64,000 nt of DNA from Actinomycetota bacterium (GTDB taxonomy: Bacteria; Actinomycetota; Thermoleophilia; Gaiellales; Gaiellaceae), in assembly GCA_005885245.1 (NCBI GenBank), contig VAWR01000059.1, positions 12,077 to 76,076 on the forward strand, read 5' to 3'. The stretch's first letter is position 1; the number at the start of each line of letters is the position of its first letter. The translations under genes and the position numbers were made by a program. The notes under the pieces are model-generated. The model did no database searches, was not told the DNA's origin, and saw only the letters and a list, made by a program, of their open reading frames with translations. Positions 56,981 through 64,000 of this stretch are shown piece after piece.

Positions 56981-58110
56981 TGCGCTGGAACGAGCCTGCG
57001 CCAGGAGAGCATGAGGCCGGCGACCGCAGCTGGGAGGTCGTCAGCGCCGCGTTCGAGGAACGGCTGCCGGCACAGCGAAGGCGCGATTGGCGTCCGTTCG
57101 TCCTCGCCGCTGCGATCGCGGCGGTGATTGCGGCAGCACTCAGCCCGCCCGGCCACGCAGTTTTCGGCTCGCTTCGCGACGCGGTGCGCGGCGAGCGGAA
57201 CGCGAGACCGGCGTTGTTCTCATTGCCCAGCCCACACTCACGACTCCTCGTCAACTCCGCCGAGGGTGCGTGGGTCATCCAGAGCGACGGTTCCAAACGA
57301 TTGCTGGACGGCTACCGCGAAGCCTCGTGGTCTCCGCACGGCCTGTACCTCGCCGCTATCCACGGGGATGAGCTGCGCGCGCTGGAACCGAACGGCGACG
57401 TGCACTGGTCGATCGGGAGACCGGGTCTAGCCGGTCCGACGTGGTCGAACGAGGGTACGGGCGACGAGCGCGTCGCCTATTTGGCCGGGTCGACGCTACG
57501 CGTGATCGGCGGTGACGGGCGCGGTGATCGGCTTCTCGCTCGTAACGTCGCACACGTCGTGCCGGCCTGGCGTCGAGGCGCACACGTCTTGGCCTATGTC
57601 GATGGGGCAGGCAGGGTGGTCGTGCGTGACGCGGACACGGGAGCCGTTCAGTGGCGTAGCGTCGCGCAGCAGCCACCGCAGGCTCTGGAGTGGTCAGGGG
57701 ACGGCCATTACCTGCTCGCCCGCGGTCCGAGCTCGATCACCGTGTTCGGCGACCGCGGAAAGCAACGGCTCACACCGCTCGGCCCCGGTGCGGCTCCGGT
57801 CGCCGACGCAGCCTTCATGCCGTCGAGCAGCGCGCTTGCCTTCGTTCAGCGCGCGCCGGGCCGCAGCATCCTCTGGTTTTACTCGCAACTCCGACCTGAG
57901 GGCACTGCAGCCCGTCGCGTCTTCGCGGGCGCAGGCACCTTCGACCGTGTCGCCTGGTCACCCGAGGGCCGCTGGCTCGTCCTTAGCTGGCCGAGTGCTG
58001 ACCAGTGGCTGTTCATTCGCTCGGCATCGGTGCGCAAAGTGATTCCCGTATCCGGAATCGAGGATGCATTTGGTCCCGCGGCAATCCCGGCGGGCTGGTG
58101 CTGTCCGTGA
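56980..58110 (+). CDS. Putative anti-sigma factor: single-pass membrane protein with extracytoplasmic TolB/PD40-like beta-propeller
   Basis: The ATG at 56980 overlaps the sigma gene TGA. It has a short cytoplasmic N-terminus, a TM helix (FVLAAAIAAVIAAAL) and PD40-like repeats (ASWSPHGLYLAAI, VAWSPEGRWLVLSW). The upstream part of track ORF 55666..58110 is a shadow frame. Confidence 0.6.
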   Translation: MRWNEPAPGEHEAGDRSWEVVSAAFEERLPAQRRRDWRPFVLAAAIAAVIAAALSPPGHAVFGSLRDAVRGERNARPALFSLPSPHSRLLVNSAEGAWVIQSDGSKRLLDGYREASWSPHGLYLAAIHGDELRALEPNGDVHWSIGRPGLAGPTWSNEGTGDERVAYLAGSTLRVIGGDGRGDRLLARNVAHVVPAWRRGAHVLAYVDGAGRVVVRDADTGAVQWRSVAQQPPQALEWSGDGHYLLARGPSSITVFGDRGKQRLTPLGPGAAPVADAAFMPSSSALAFVQRAPGRSILWFYSQLRPEGTAARRVFAGAGTFDRVAWSPEGRWLVLSWPSADQWLFIRSASVRKVIPVSGIEDAFGPAAIPAGWCCP

Positions 58111-58142
58111 CCGCGTGCTACGGTCAGTCCGTTCCCGGCGAC

Positions 58143-58208
58143 AAGGAGGTCGAACAGATGACGATTGCGCTCACCTCCTTCCGAAGAGCCACGCGGCTCG
58201 TCGGCTAG
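58143..58208 (+). promoter_or_regulatory. SD-sequestering hairpin plus 16-codon mini-ORF
   Basis: AAGGAGGT (58143..58150) is perfectly complementary to ACCTCCTT (58173..58180). An ATG at 58158, 7 nt after the SD, opens MTIALTSFRRATRLVG-stop (to 58208). Confidence 0.35.
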
Positions 58209-58251
58209 CTCCGGCCACCTCGGGAACCATCACCTAGCGCGAGTCTCGTGA

Positions 58252-58290
58252 GCCCGCCTGCGAGCGGGCAGTTTCGGCTTCTCCCTCTTT
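58252..58290 (+). terminator. Terminator-like hairpin between the anti-sigma gene / mini-ORF and rsgA
   Basis: GCCCGC-CTGCGA-GCGGGC (58252..58269) is followed by the T-rich tract AGTTTCGGCTTCTCCCTCTTTC. Confidence 0.4.
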
Positions 58291-58314
58291 CACTTGGTCG
58301 AAAGGAGACTCGCT

Positions 58315-59367
58315 TTGCCTGCATTAGAAGCGCTCGGCTGGGATGACGACTGGTCGTCCACATTCGAGCAAACCGAGCACGACAACCTGATCCCTGCACG
58401 CGTCGCCGCGCAACATCGCGGCGAGTACTCCGTCTGGTCCGAGGACGGCGAGGTGCGTGCACGGGCGGCCGGAAAGCTGTTCTACGAGCACGAGGTCGGC
58501 GGCCCGATCCCGGCGGTCGGCGATTGGGTCGCAGTGGAGCGGCCGGACGGCGAACGCGCCGTTATCACGTCGATCCTGCAACGGCGCAGCGCCTTCGTGC
58601 GCAAGAACGCGGGCAACGACTCGACCGATCAGGTCCTCGCAGCGAACGTCGACACAGCCTTCCTGCTTGCCGGGCTGGACGACGACTTCAGCCTCCGCAG
58701 GCTCGAGCGCTACATCACAACCGCGTGGGAAAGCGGCGCGCAGCCGATCGTCGTCCTCACGAAGGCCGACCTTTGCGCAGATGTCGGCGACGCAGTGCTC
58801 GCAGTCGAAAGCGTGGCGATCGCAGTGCCGATCCACCCCGTCTCGAACCTGAGCGGTACGGGACTGGACACGCTCGAGCCCTACCTCCAGCCCGGCCGAA
58901 CCGCAGTGCTGCTCGGGTCGTCAGGAGTCGGCAAGTCGACCCTGCTCAACCGACTGGCGGGGAAGGAGGTGATGCAGACGAGGGCGGTCGCCGCGGACGG
59001 CACCGGCCGACACACGACAACGCATCGCGAGCTCGTGCAACTGCCGGCCGGCGGCCTGATCATCGACACGCCCGGGCTGCGGGAGCTCCAGTTCTGGGAG
59101 GGCGACCTGAGCGCCGCCTTCGAGGACATCGAGGCTCTTGCCGCTGAGTGCCGGTTCCGTAACTGCGTCCACGCCCGCGAACCGGGCTGCGCCGTCCTGG
59201 GTGCGGTCGACGACGGAACACTCGAGCTGGACCGGCTCCGCTCGTGGCGGAAGCTTCAGCGAGAGCTCGAAGCGATCGCGGCGCGCACGGACACGCGGCT
59301 ACGGCTCGCGAGGAAGAAGCGCTGGAAGCAGTACGCCTCGGTCGCGCGGCAAAGGAGCCGGCCGTGA
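58315..59367 (+). CDS. rsgA: Ribosome small subunit-dependent GTPase A
   Basis: It has the circularly permuted GTPase motifs (TKADL, GSSGVGKSTLLN, DTPG) and a C-terminal zinc finger (CRFRNCVHAREPGCAV). TTG 58315 is preceded by GAAAGGAGA; TTG 58294 is an alternative. Confidence 0.9.
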   Translation: MPALEALGWDDDWSSTFEQTEHDNLIPARVAAQHRGEYSVWSEDGEVRARAAGKLFYEHEVGGPIPAVGDWVAVERPDGERAVITSILQRRSAFVRKNAGNDSTDQVLAANVDTAFLLAGLDDDFSLRRLERYITTAWESGAQPIVVLTKADLCADVGDAVLAVESVAIAVPIHPVSNLSGTGLDTLEPYLQPGRTAVLLGSSGVGKSTLLNRLAGKEVMQTRAVAADGTGRHTTTHRELVQLPAGGLIIDTPGLRELQFWEGDLSAAFEDIEALAAECRFRNCVHAREPGCAVLGAVDDGTLELDRLRSWRKLQRELEAIAARTDTRLRLARKKRWKQYASVARQRSRP

Positions 59368-59375
59368 AAGAGCGC

Positions 59376-59627
59376 TTACGCTGCGTCGCAGCCGAGCAGC
59401 TCGAGCGCGACGAGCGAGCTCTCGATGAAACTCTGTGCTTCCTGCGCGGTGTCGAAGACATACGGCCCGGCGCTTCTCGGCTGTACCGAGAGCTCGTCCA
59501 CCGGATAGACGTCAGCGGCGACGACCCATTCCGTCCCGTAGTCCGCGCAGCTCAGGCGCACGACGGGCTGGCCTTCCTTCTGCACCGAGGAAACGAGCTC
59601 GCGGACCGCGGCGAGAGGAAAGTTCAT
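59376..59627 (-). CDS. Hypothetical small protein (83 aa)
   Basis: The ATG at 59627 overlaps the upstream TGA (ATGA), which suggests co-translation with the GspE_N-like gene. I recognise no family. Confidence 0.45.
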   Translation of the reverse strand: MNFPLAAVRELVSSVQKEGQPVVRLSCADYGTEWVVAADVYPVDELSVQPRSAGPYVFDTAQEAQSFIESSLVALELLGCDAA

Positions 59628-60400
59628 ACGCCGTTACGCCCGAGCACGTCGACGGAGACGATCTGGCGCCCGTCGATCGTGGCGTCCCCGACGGCGACGG
59701 TGCCGCCCGCCTCTGCCTCGTCGATGACGCGCATGCCCATCGCTTTCGCATACTCGAAGTCGCTTGCCTCCGCGACGAGGAGCGTGGCCCCGCTCGCGAG
59801 CGTGACCTCGACGCGGTAAATCGTCTTGGGTTCGGGCTCCGTCGTCGCGGCCGGTGCCGCCGCCTCTCCGCGCACCTCGGCCAGGGCCATCTGCGTGATC
59901 ACGCCTGACGGTTCGTGCAGGCGCTGGATCGCATCCTTGATGTCCGAGCGGGCAGCGGTGACGAGCCGGATAGGCCCGTGCATGGCCTCGCGTAGACGGG
60001 TCAGGTGCGACGCGTTGTCGGCATCGGGAACCGCGACGATCGTGCAGTCGTTCTCGCGCGCCAACGGCAGTGCGCAGTACATCTCCGCGGCAGGACGGGG
60101 AAGCTCATGCGCGACTGCGGGGTCGATCGGGTACTCGGTGAGGTCGACGAACTCCTGTCCGTGCTGCGCTGCGAGGAGTCTGGTCAGTTCGCGCTCGGGC
60201 AATCCGTACTCGAGCAAGACCTCCCCGAGGCGCCGCCCGCTGTCGGCTGCATCCGAGAGGGCGCGATTGACGTCCTCGAGCGACATGAGACCTGCCCGAT
60301 AGACGAGCGTGCCCAGCGGATAGCTCCGCATCTCAGCGGTGCTGAAAGGGGGTGTTGCCGGCGCAGCCGGCGCCGCCTGTCTGGTCTCGAACATCGTCAT
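59624..60400 (-). CDS. GspE_N / MshEN-like domain protein with uncharacterised C-terminal domain
   Basis: Residues PLGTLVYRAGLMSLEDVNRALSDA - ADSGR - RLGEVLLEYGLPERELTRLLAAQ resemble the tandem 24-residue MshEN motifs with a 5-residue spacer. The rest of a T2SSE_N fold follows (FVDLTEYPIDPAVAHELP ... ALPLARENDCTIVAVPD). There is no ATPase domain. ATG 60400 (GGAGA 9 nt upstream) or GTG 60421 could be the start. Confidence 0.6.
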   Translation of the reverse strand: MTMFETRQAAPAAPATPPFSTAEMRSYPLGTLVYRAGLMSLEDVNRALSDAADSGRRLGEVLLEYGLPERELTRLLAAQHGQEFVDLTEYPIDPAVAHELPRPAAEMYCALPLARENDCTIVAVPDADNASHLTRLREAMHGPIRLVTAARSDIKDAIQRLHEPSGVITQMALAEVRGEAAAPAATTEPEPKTIYRVEVTLASGATLLVAEASDFEYAKAMGMRVIDEAEAGGTVAVGDATIDGRQIVSVDVLGRNGV

Positions 60401-60492
60401 CGCCGCAGTTCTCCATGACACACAGTCGTCAGATTGCGGCAGGTGGTCTACCCCCCGAACGAGGTAGCGCGTTCGAGCCCCTCGAACGAGGG

Positions 60493-60846
60493 CTAGGTCG
60501 CCGCCAGCGCGGCGGTCAAAGCGGCCCCGGACAGCTCGTCCTTGCGGAGGAAGGCGCGTGCGGAGCTGGATCCGACGAGCGACCGGTAGTCGTCGCGGCT
60601 CGACGTGAGGATCACGACCGGCGCGGATTCGAGCTCGCGTAGGCGCTCGGCGACCTCGAAACCGTCGAAGTCGGGAAGCTGAACGTCGAGCAGGACGATC
60701 TCAGGCTCGAGCTCCTTCGCCAGTCTCAGCGCGGTCACGCCGTTCTCCGCCTCGCCGACGACATCGAAGCCCTCGGCCTCGAGCAGGCTGCGCGCACTCG
60801 CGCGGAACGTCGCGTAATCGTCGACTATGAGGATGGACCTGGCCAC
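60493..60846 (-). CDS. Stand-alone response regulator receiver (CheY-like) protein
   Basis: It has ILIVDD, the phospho-acceptor context VLLDVQLPDFDG and the ILTS and K residues. It is 117 aa with no output domain. Confidence 0.85.
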   Translation of the reverse strand: MARSILIVDDYATFRASARSLLEAEGFDVVGEAENGVTALRLAKELEPEIVLLDVQLPDFDGFEVAERLRELESAPVVILTSSRDDYRSLVGSSSARAFLRKDELSGAALTAALAAT

Positions 60847-60885
60847 GGGACCGTGCCTCTACAGAGCTTAAGCGGTCCCTTTTGG

Positions 60886-61944
60886 TCAGCGCGCCCGCGT
60901 CACCTTGCTCAAGCCGATCGGACGATCTGCGTCGAGCCCTTTCGCGTGAGCGAGCGACGCGGCGAAGAGCTGCCCGGGAACGACCGAGAGGAGCGGTGCG
61001 AGCACCGGACTGGGCGCCGGGGGGACGGAGAGGACGTGCGCGGCGTCCGCCACATCCGCGGCGGCACTGCCGCTCGCTACGAGCGTGGCCTGAGCCGCGT
61101 GCGCGCGCTCCGCAGCCTCCAGCACGGCGCGAAGCCCAGCGTCGCGCGAGGCAATCACCCAGACAGGAAAGAGCGCGTCAAGCGCCGCAACCGGGCCGTG
61201 GACGAGGTCTGTGGCCGTCAACGGCTCAGCCGCGACGCGGCAGGTCTCCTTCAGCTTGAGCGCGATCTCGCGCGCCGTGGCGATTTCCATGCCGCGCCCG
61301 ATGACGTACATCCGGCCCACATATGCGAAAGCGAGCGCAACCTCCGACACGGCCCGCTCGAGTGGGTCGAGCGTGGCTGACAGGACGTCGGCCACGCTCC
61401 GCAGCCCATCGGCGGTCTCCCGCTCCCGCTCCGCGCACACACCTGCGAGCAGGGCCAGGGCCGCGAGCATGTTCATGTACGTCTTGGTCGCGGCGACCGA
61501 ACGCTCGGTGCCTGCCGCGAGCGGCAGCGAGATCTCGGCGAGCCGGGCCAGCTCGGACTCGGGCTCGTTGGTCAGAGCGATCGTTCGCGCTCCCTGCGCG
61601 CGGGCGCGTTCGACGTACGCCACGACATCCGGGGTCTCTCCGGACTGCGAGAGGGCGATGACCACCGAGTCGGAGAAGTCGAGCTGTGCCTCGTAATAGA
61701 CGACCAGCGAGATCGAGTCGCGCACGGCCGTCCAGCCGGGCAGCAGGCCGAAGGCGTAGACCGCGAAGGCCGCCGCTGCGTCCGAAGACCCGTGTCCAAT
61801 CAGACGGACGATGCTAGGCCGGCGCTCGATCAGCCCACGGGCGGCGGAGCGATACTCGTCCGCGTGCTCGAGGAGGGCGCGCAACGCCCGCGGCTGCTCG
61901 TGAATCTCAGCGAGAAAGTGCTTGCCGGGTTCCGTGGTGTTCAG
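60886..61944 (-). CDS. SIS domain protein (GlmS isomerase-domain-like / sugar-phosphate isomerase-deaminase)
   Basis: It has EIHEQP, GHGSSDAAA and SQSGETPDVV across two SIS repeats. The conserved N-terminus requires a start near 61944, where a CTG overlaps the upstream TGA (CTGA). The next canonical start (TTG) would delete the EIHEQP motif. Confidence 0.75.
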   Translation of the reverse strand: MNTTEPGKHFLAEIHEQPRALRALLEHADEYRSAARGLIERRPSIVRLIGHGSSDAAAAFAVYAFGLLPGWTAVRDSISLVVYYEAQLDFSDSVVIALSQSGETPDVVAYVERARAQGARTIALTNEPESELARLAEISLPLAAGTERSVAATKTYMNMLAALALLAGVCAERERETADGLRSVADVLSATLDPLERAVSEVALAFAYVGRMYVIGRGMEIATAREIALKLKETCRVAAEPLTATDLVHGPVAALDALFPVWVIASRDAGLRAVLEAAERAHAAQATLVASGSAAADVADAAHVLSVPPAPSPVLAPLLSVVPGQLFAASLAHAKGLDADRPIGLSKVTRAR

Positions 61945-62987
61945 CGGCGCCCCACCCGACCGGCTACCGACTGCTCGTTCCCCGCGTCGTTCCCGTCCAG
62001 CAGGTCCTGCGGATCGGCCTCGGCGACGTGACACGCAACGAGCCTGCGAGTCCCGAGCTCGCGCAGCACCGGAGTCTCGGTTTCGCACCTCGCGATCGCG
62101 TACGGACAGCGAGGCTGGAACCGGCAGCCTTCTTTCGGATCGACGACCTTCGGCGCCTCGCCTACATCGGTCTTGTCGGAGACCCCGAGCTCGGCTCGGG
62201 GGTCGGGCACGGCGGAGAGCAGGAGCTGCGTGTACGGATGCTTCGGCCGCTGGAGCACGTCCTCGGTGGGCCCCTCCTCCACGAGGTGGCCCGCGTACAT
62301 CACTAGCACTCGGTCGGCGATGTAGCGAGCGCTGGCGACGTCGTGCGTGATGTAGAGAAACGACACGCCTTCTCGCTCGCGTAGCTCGCTCATCAGGTTG
62401 AGGATCCCGATGCGGATCGAGACGTCCAGCATCGAGACCGGTTCGTCCGCGATGATCAATTTCGGTCTGAAGGCAAGCGCCTGCGCAAAGCCGACGCGCT
62501 GGCGCTGCCCTCCGCTCAGCTCGTAAGGGAACTTCCGCGCCGCTGCGGCGGCCGGGACGAGACCAACCGCGTCGAGCACCCGCTCGACCTCGCCGCGGCG
62601 ACCCTTGCGGCCGAGCCCACCGCGGTGCAGCCTGAGTGCCCGGGCGATCCCGTGCACGACGCGGTAGGCCGGATTGATGGAGCTGTACGGATCCTGGAAG
62701 ACCATCGGCACGTCACTGCTGTACGCGAGACGCCGCTTGCGCGAGCGCAGGCGACTGAGGGGCCGGCCCTCGAAATAGATCTCGCCTTTCGTCGGCTTGT
62801 AGACGCGCGCGAGCAGGCGGGCGATCGTGCTCTTGCCGCTCCCGCTCTCGCCGACGAGCGCCACGATCTCACCTTTGCCGATGGTGAGATCGACGTCGTC
62901 CACGGCGTGGAGGCTCTGCCGCGACAGCAGCTTCCCGACGCGAAAGTGCCGCGTCAGACCGACCGTGCGAAGTAGCGGCTCGGTCAC
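61941..62987 (-). CDS. Oligopeptide/dipeptide ABC transporter ATP-binding protein (OppF/DppF type)
   Basis: It has the Walker A motif GESGSGKST, the signature LSGGQRQR, Walker B IADEPVSMLD and a C-terminal Cys-containing Opp domain (CRFQPRCPYAIARC). Confidence 0.9.
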   Translation of the reverse strand: MTEPLLRTVGLTRHFRVGKLLSRQSLHAVDDVDLTIGKGEIVALVGESGSGKSTIARLLARVYKPTKGEIYFEGRPLSRLRSRKRRLAYSSDVPMVFQDPYSSINPAYRVVHGIARALRLHRGGLGRKGRRGEVERVLDAVGLVPAAAAARKFPYELSGGQRQRVGFAQALAFRPKLIIADEPVSMLDVSIRIGILNLMSELREREGVSFLYITHDVASARYIADRVLVMYAGHLVEEGPTEDVLQRPKHPYTQLLLSAVPDPRAELGVSDKTDVGEAPKVVDPKEGCRFQPRCPYAIARCETETPVLRELGTRRLVACHVAEADPQDLLDGNDAGNEQSVAGRVGRR

Positions 62988-64000
62988 ACTGCCCCCTCGG
63001 AGGCAGTCGCCAGGGTGGCGTCGGGCGCGGCACCCTTCTCGTACAGGATGCAGCGCACCAGGTCACCGTCGACGTCGAAGAGCGGTGGCTGTGCGGAGCG
63101 GCAACGCGCCATCACGTGGGGACAGCGTGGCGAGAAGCGGCAGCCCGCCGGTGGGCGCGCGAGATCCGGCGGCGAGCCCGGGATGCCGAGCAGGTGCACC
63201 CTCGGGCCGCGGATCGAAGGGAATGCCTCGAGCAGCGCGCGCGTGTACGGATGGCGTGGCTGATCGAAGAGTTGCCGAGTCTTGCCGAACTCCGCCACAT
63301 GCGCGGCGTACATCACCAGCAGCCGGTCGGAGAAGTGACTCACGAGCGACATGTCGTGCGTGACGAAGACGACCGCAAATCCGAGGCGCTTCTGCAACTC
63401 TTTGATCTGCACCATCAGCGAACGCTGCCCAACCACGTCGAGCGCGGAGGTCGGCTCGTCCATGACGATCAGATCGGGCGTGAAGAGGAGCGCCATCGCG
63501 ATCATCGCCCGCTGACGCATCCCTCCGGACAGCTGGTGTGGATAGCTGTGCAGGTGAATCGGGTCGATCGAGACCAGCCGCAGCACTTCCTTGGAGCGTT
63601 CCTCGATCTCCTTCGCAGTCATGTTCGAATGGGTTTTGCAGACGTCGCGCATCTGCGCCGCGATCGTCAACACCGGATTGAGCGCGTTCATGGCGCTCTG
63701 CATGACGACGGAGAACTCGCGCCAGCGAATGTGCCGGAGCTGGCGTTCGGTGAGCGCGACCATGTCGCGGCCCTGGAAGACGATCTGCCCCTCCATGATC
63801 TCTCCCGCGAACGGCGGACCGAGCAACCGCGTGATCGCATAGAGCAAGGTCGATTTTCCACAACCCGATTCGCCGACGATCCCGAGGAACTCTCCGCGGT
63901 TGACGTCGAAGTCCACGCGCTCGACCGCGACCACCGGTCCTTCGTCCGACGCATACGCCACCGTCAGCCCGCGGACCTCGAGGATCCGCTCCGGGTCGAC
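62984..64000 (-). CDS. Oligopeptide/dipeptide ABC transporter ATP-binding protein (OppD/DppD type), 5' end beyond the window
   Basis: It has the Walker A motif GESGCGKST, the signature LSGGMRQR, Walker B VMDEPTSALD and CRFSPRCPHVMARC. The frame stays open to position 64000 (ILEVRGLTVAY ...), so the true start is outside the window. Confidence 0.9.
   Translation of the reverse strand, partial: VDPERILEVRGLTVAYASDEGPVVAVERVDFDVNRGEFLGIVGESGCGKSTLLYAITRLLGPPFAGEIMEGQIVFQGRDMVALTERQLRHIRWREFSVVMQSAMNALNPVLTIAAQMRDVCKTHSNMTAKEIEERSKEVLRLVSIDPIHLHSYPHQLSGGMRQRAMIAMALLFTPDLIVMDEPTSALDVVGQRSLMVQIKELQKRLGFAVVFVTHDMSLVSHFSDRLLVMYAAHVAEFGKTRQLFDQPRHPYTRALLEAFPSIRGPRVHLLGIPGSPPDLARPPAGCRFSPRCPHVMARCRSAQPPLFDVDGDLVRCILYEKGAAPDATLATASEGAV

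Noticed and set aside
60450-60490. SOS-box-like half sites (CGAAC / GTTCGA) between the receiver and MshEN-like genes
   Set aside because: The orientation and spacing are wrong for both the actinobacterial LexA box (TCGAAC-N4-GTTCGA) and the Cheo box (CGAAC-N4-GTTCG). The sites read GTTCGAG-CCC-CTCGAAC and CGAAC-N10-GTTCG. A simple RNA hairpin explains them better.

Overview
This is a very GC-rich bacterial chromosome segment; third codon positions are almost all G/C. Gene content and order look like the conserved core of a high-GC Gram-positive, probably Actinomycetota and possibly Thermoleophilia/Rubrobacteria-like. That placement is an inference from synteny and F420 genes, not a database hit. 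About 70 protein genes are tightly packed, mostly on the minus strand, and many overlap by 4 nt (ATGA/GTGA/TTGA/CTGA), which suggests translational coupling. Recognisable blocks: (1) the end of a Liv-type ABC locus. (2) A Tat-signal Dyp-like protein plus a lipoprotein, tRNA-Leu(CAA) and pfkA. (3) deoC, a frameshifted aldehyde dehydrogenase and a half-length ALDH paralog. (4) The classic string era-cdd-dgkA-ybeY-phoH-yqeY-HIT-mtaB-prmA-dnaJ-hrcA-hemW-lepA-murJ, then rpsT, holA-comEC-comEA and leuS. (5) cupin-lysA, fbiC (F420) and an envelope cluster. (6) A complete livGFHM-plus-binding-protein operon. (7) A metabolic/accessory stretch: CoA-transferase, PLP decarboxylase, HMG-CoA lyase, GAF, an F420-type PPOX, a decayed BNR gene, a MoaD-like Ubl, NrtR, an ECF sigma/anti-sigma pair and rsgA. 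(8) A receiver / GspE_N(MshEN)-like / small-ORF trio. (9) A SIS protein and Opp-type ATPases. I found no rRNA, CRISPR array, transposase or integrase, and no obvious multi-gene defence island. The most interesting signals are small-scale: a Leu-codon mini-ORF plus terminator in the leuS leader; 18-25 bp direct repeats with a 15-bp palindrome bracketing a one-gene cassette; paired 15-bp palindromes at a convergent gene junction; a hairpin-rich 184-nt spacer inside the liv operon; apparent CTG initiation at several coupled genes; and two decayed genes. Many long ORFs in the supplied track are antisense or out-of-frame shadows typical of high-GC DNA and were not called. All start codons are inferred by eye and several are uncertain.
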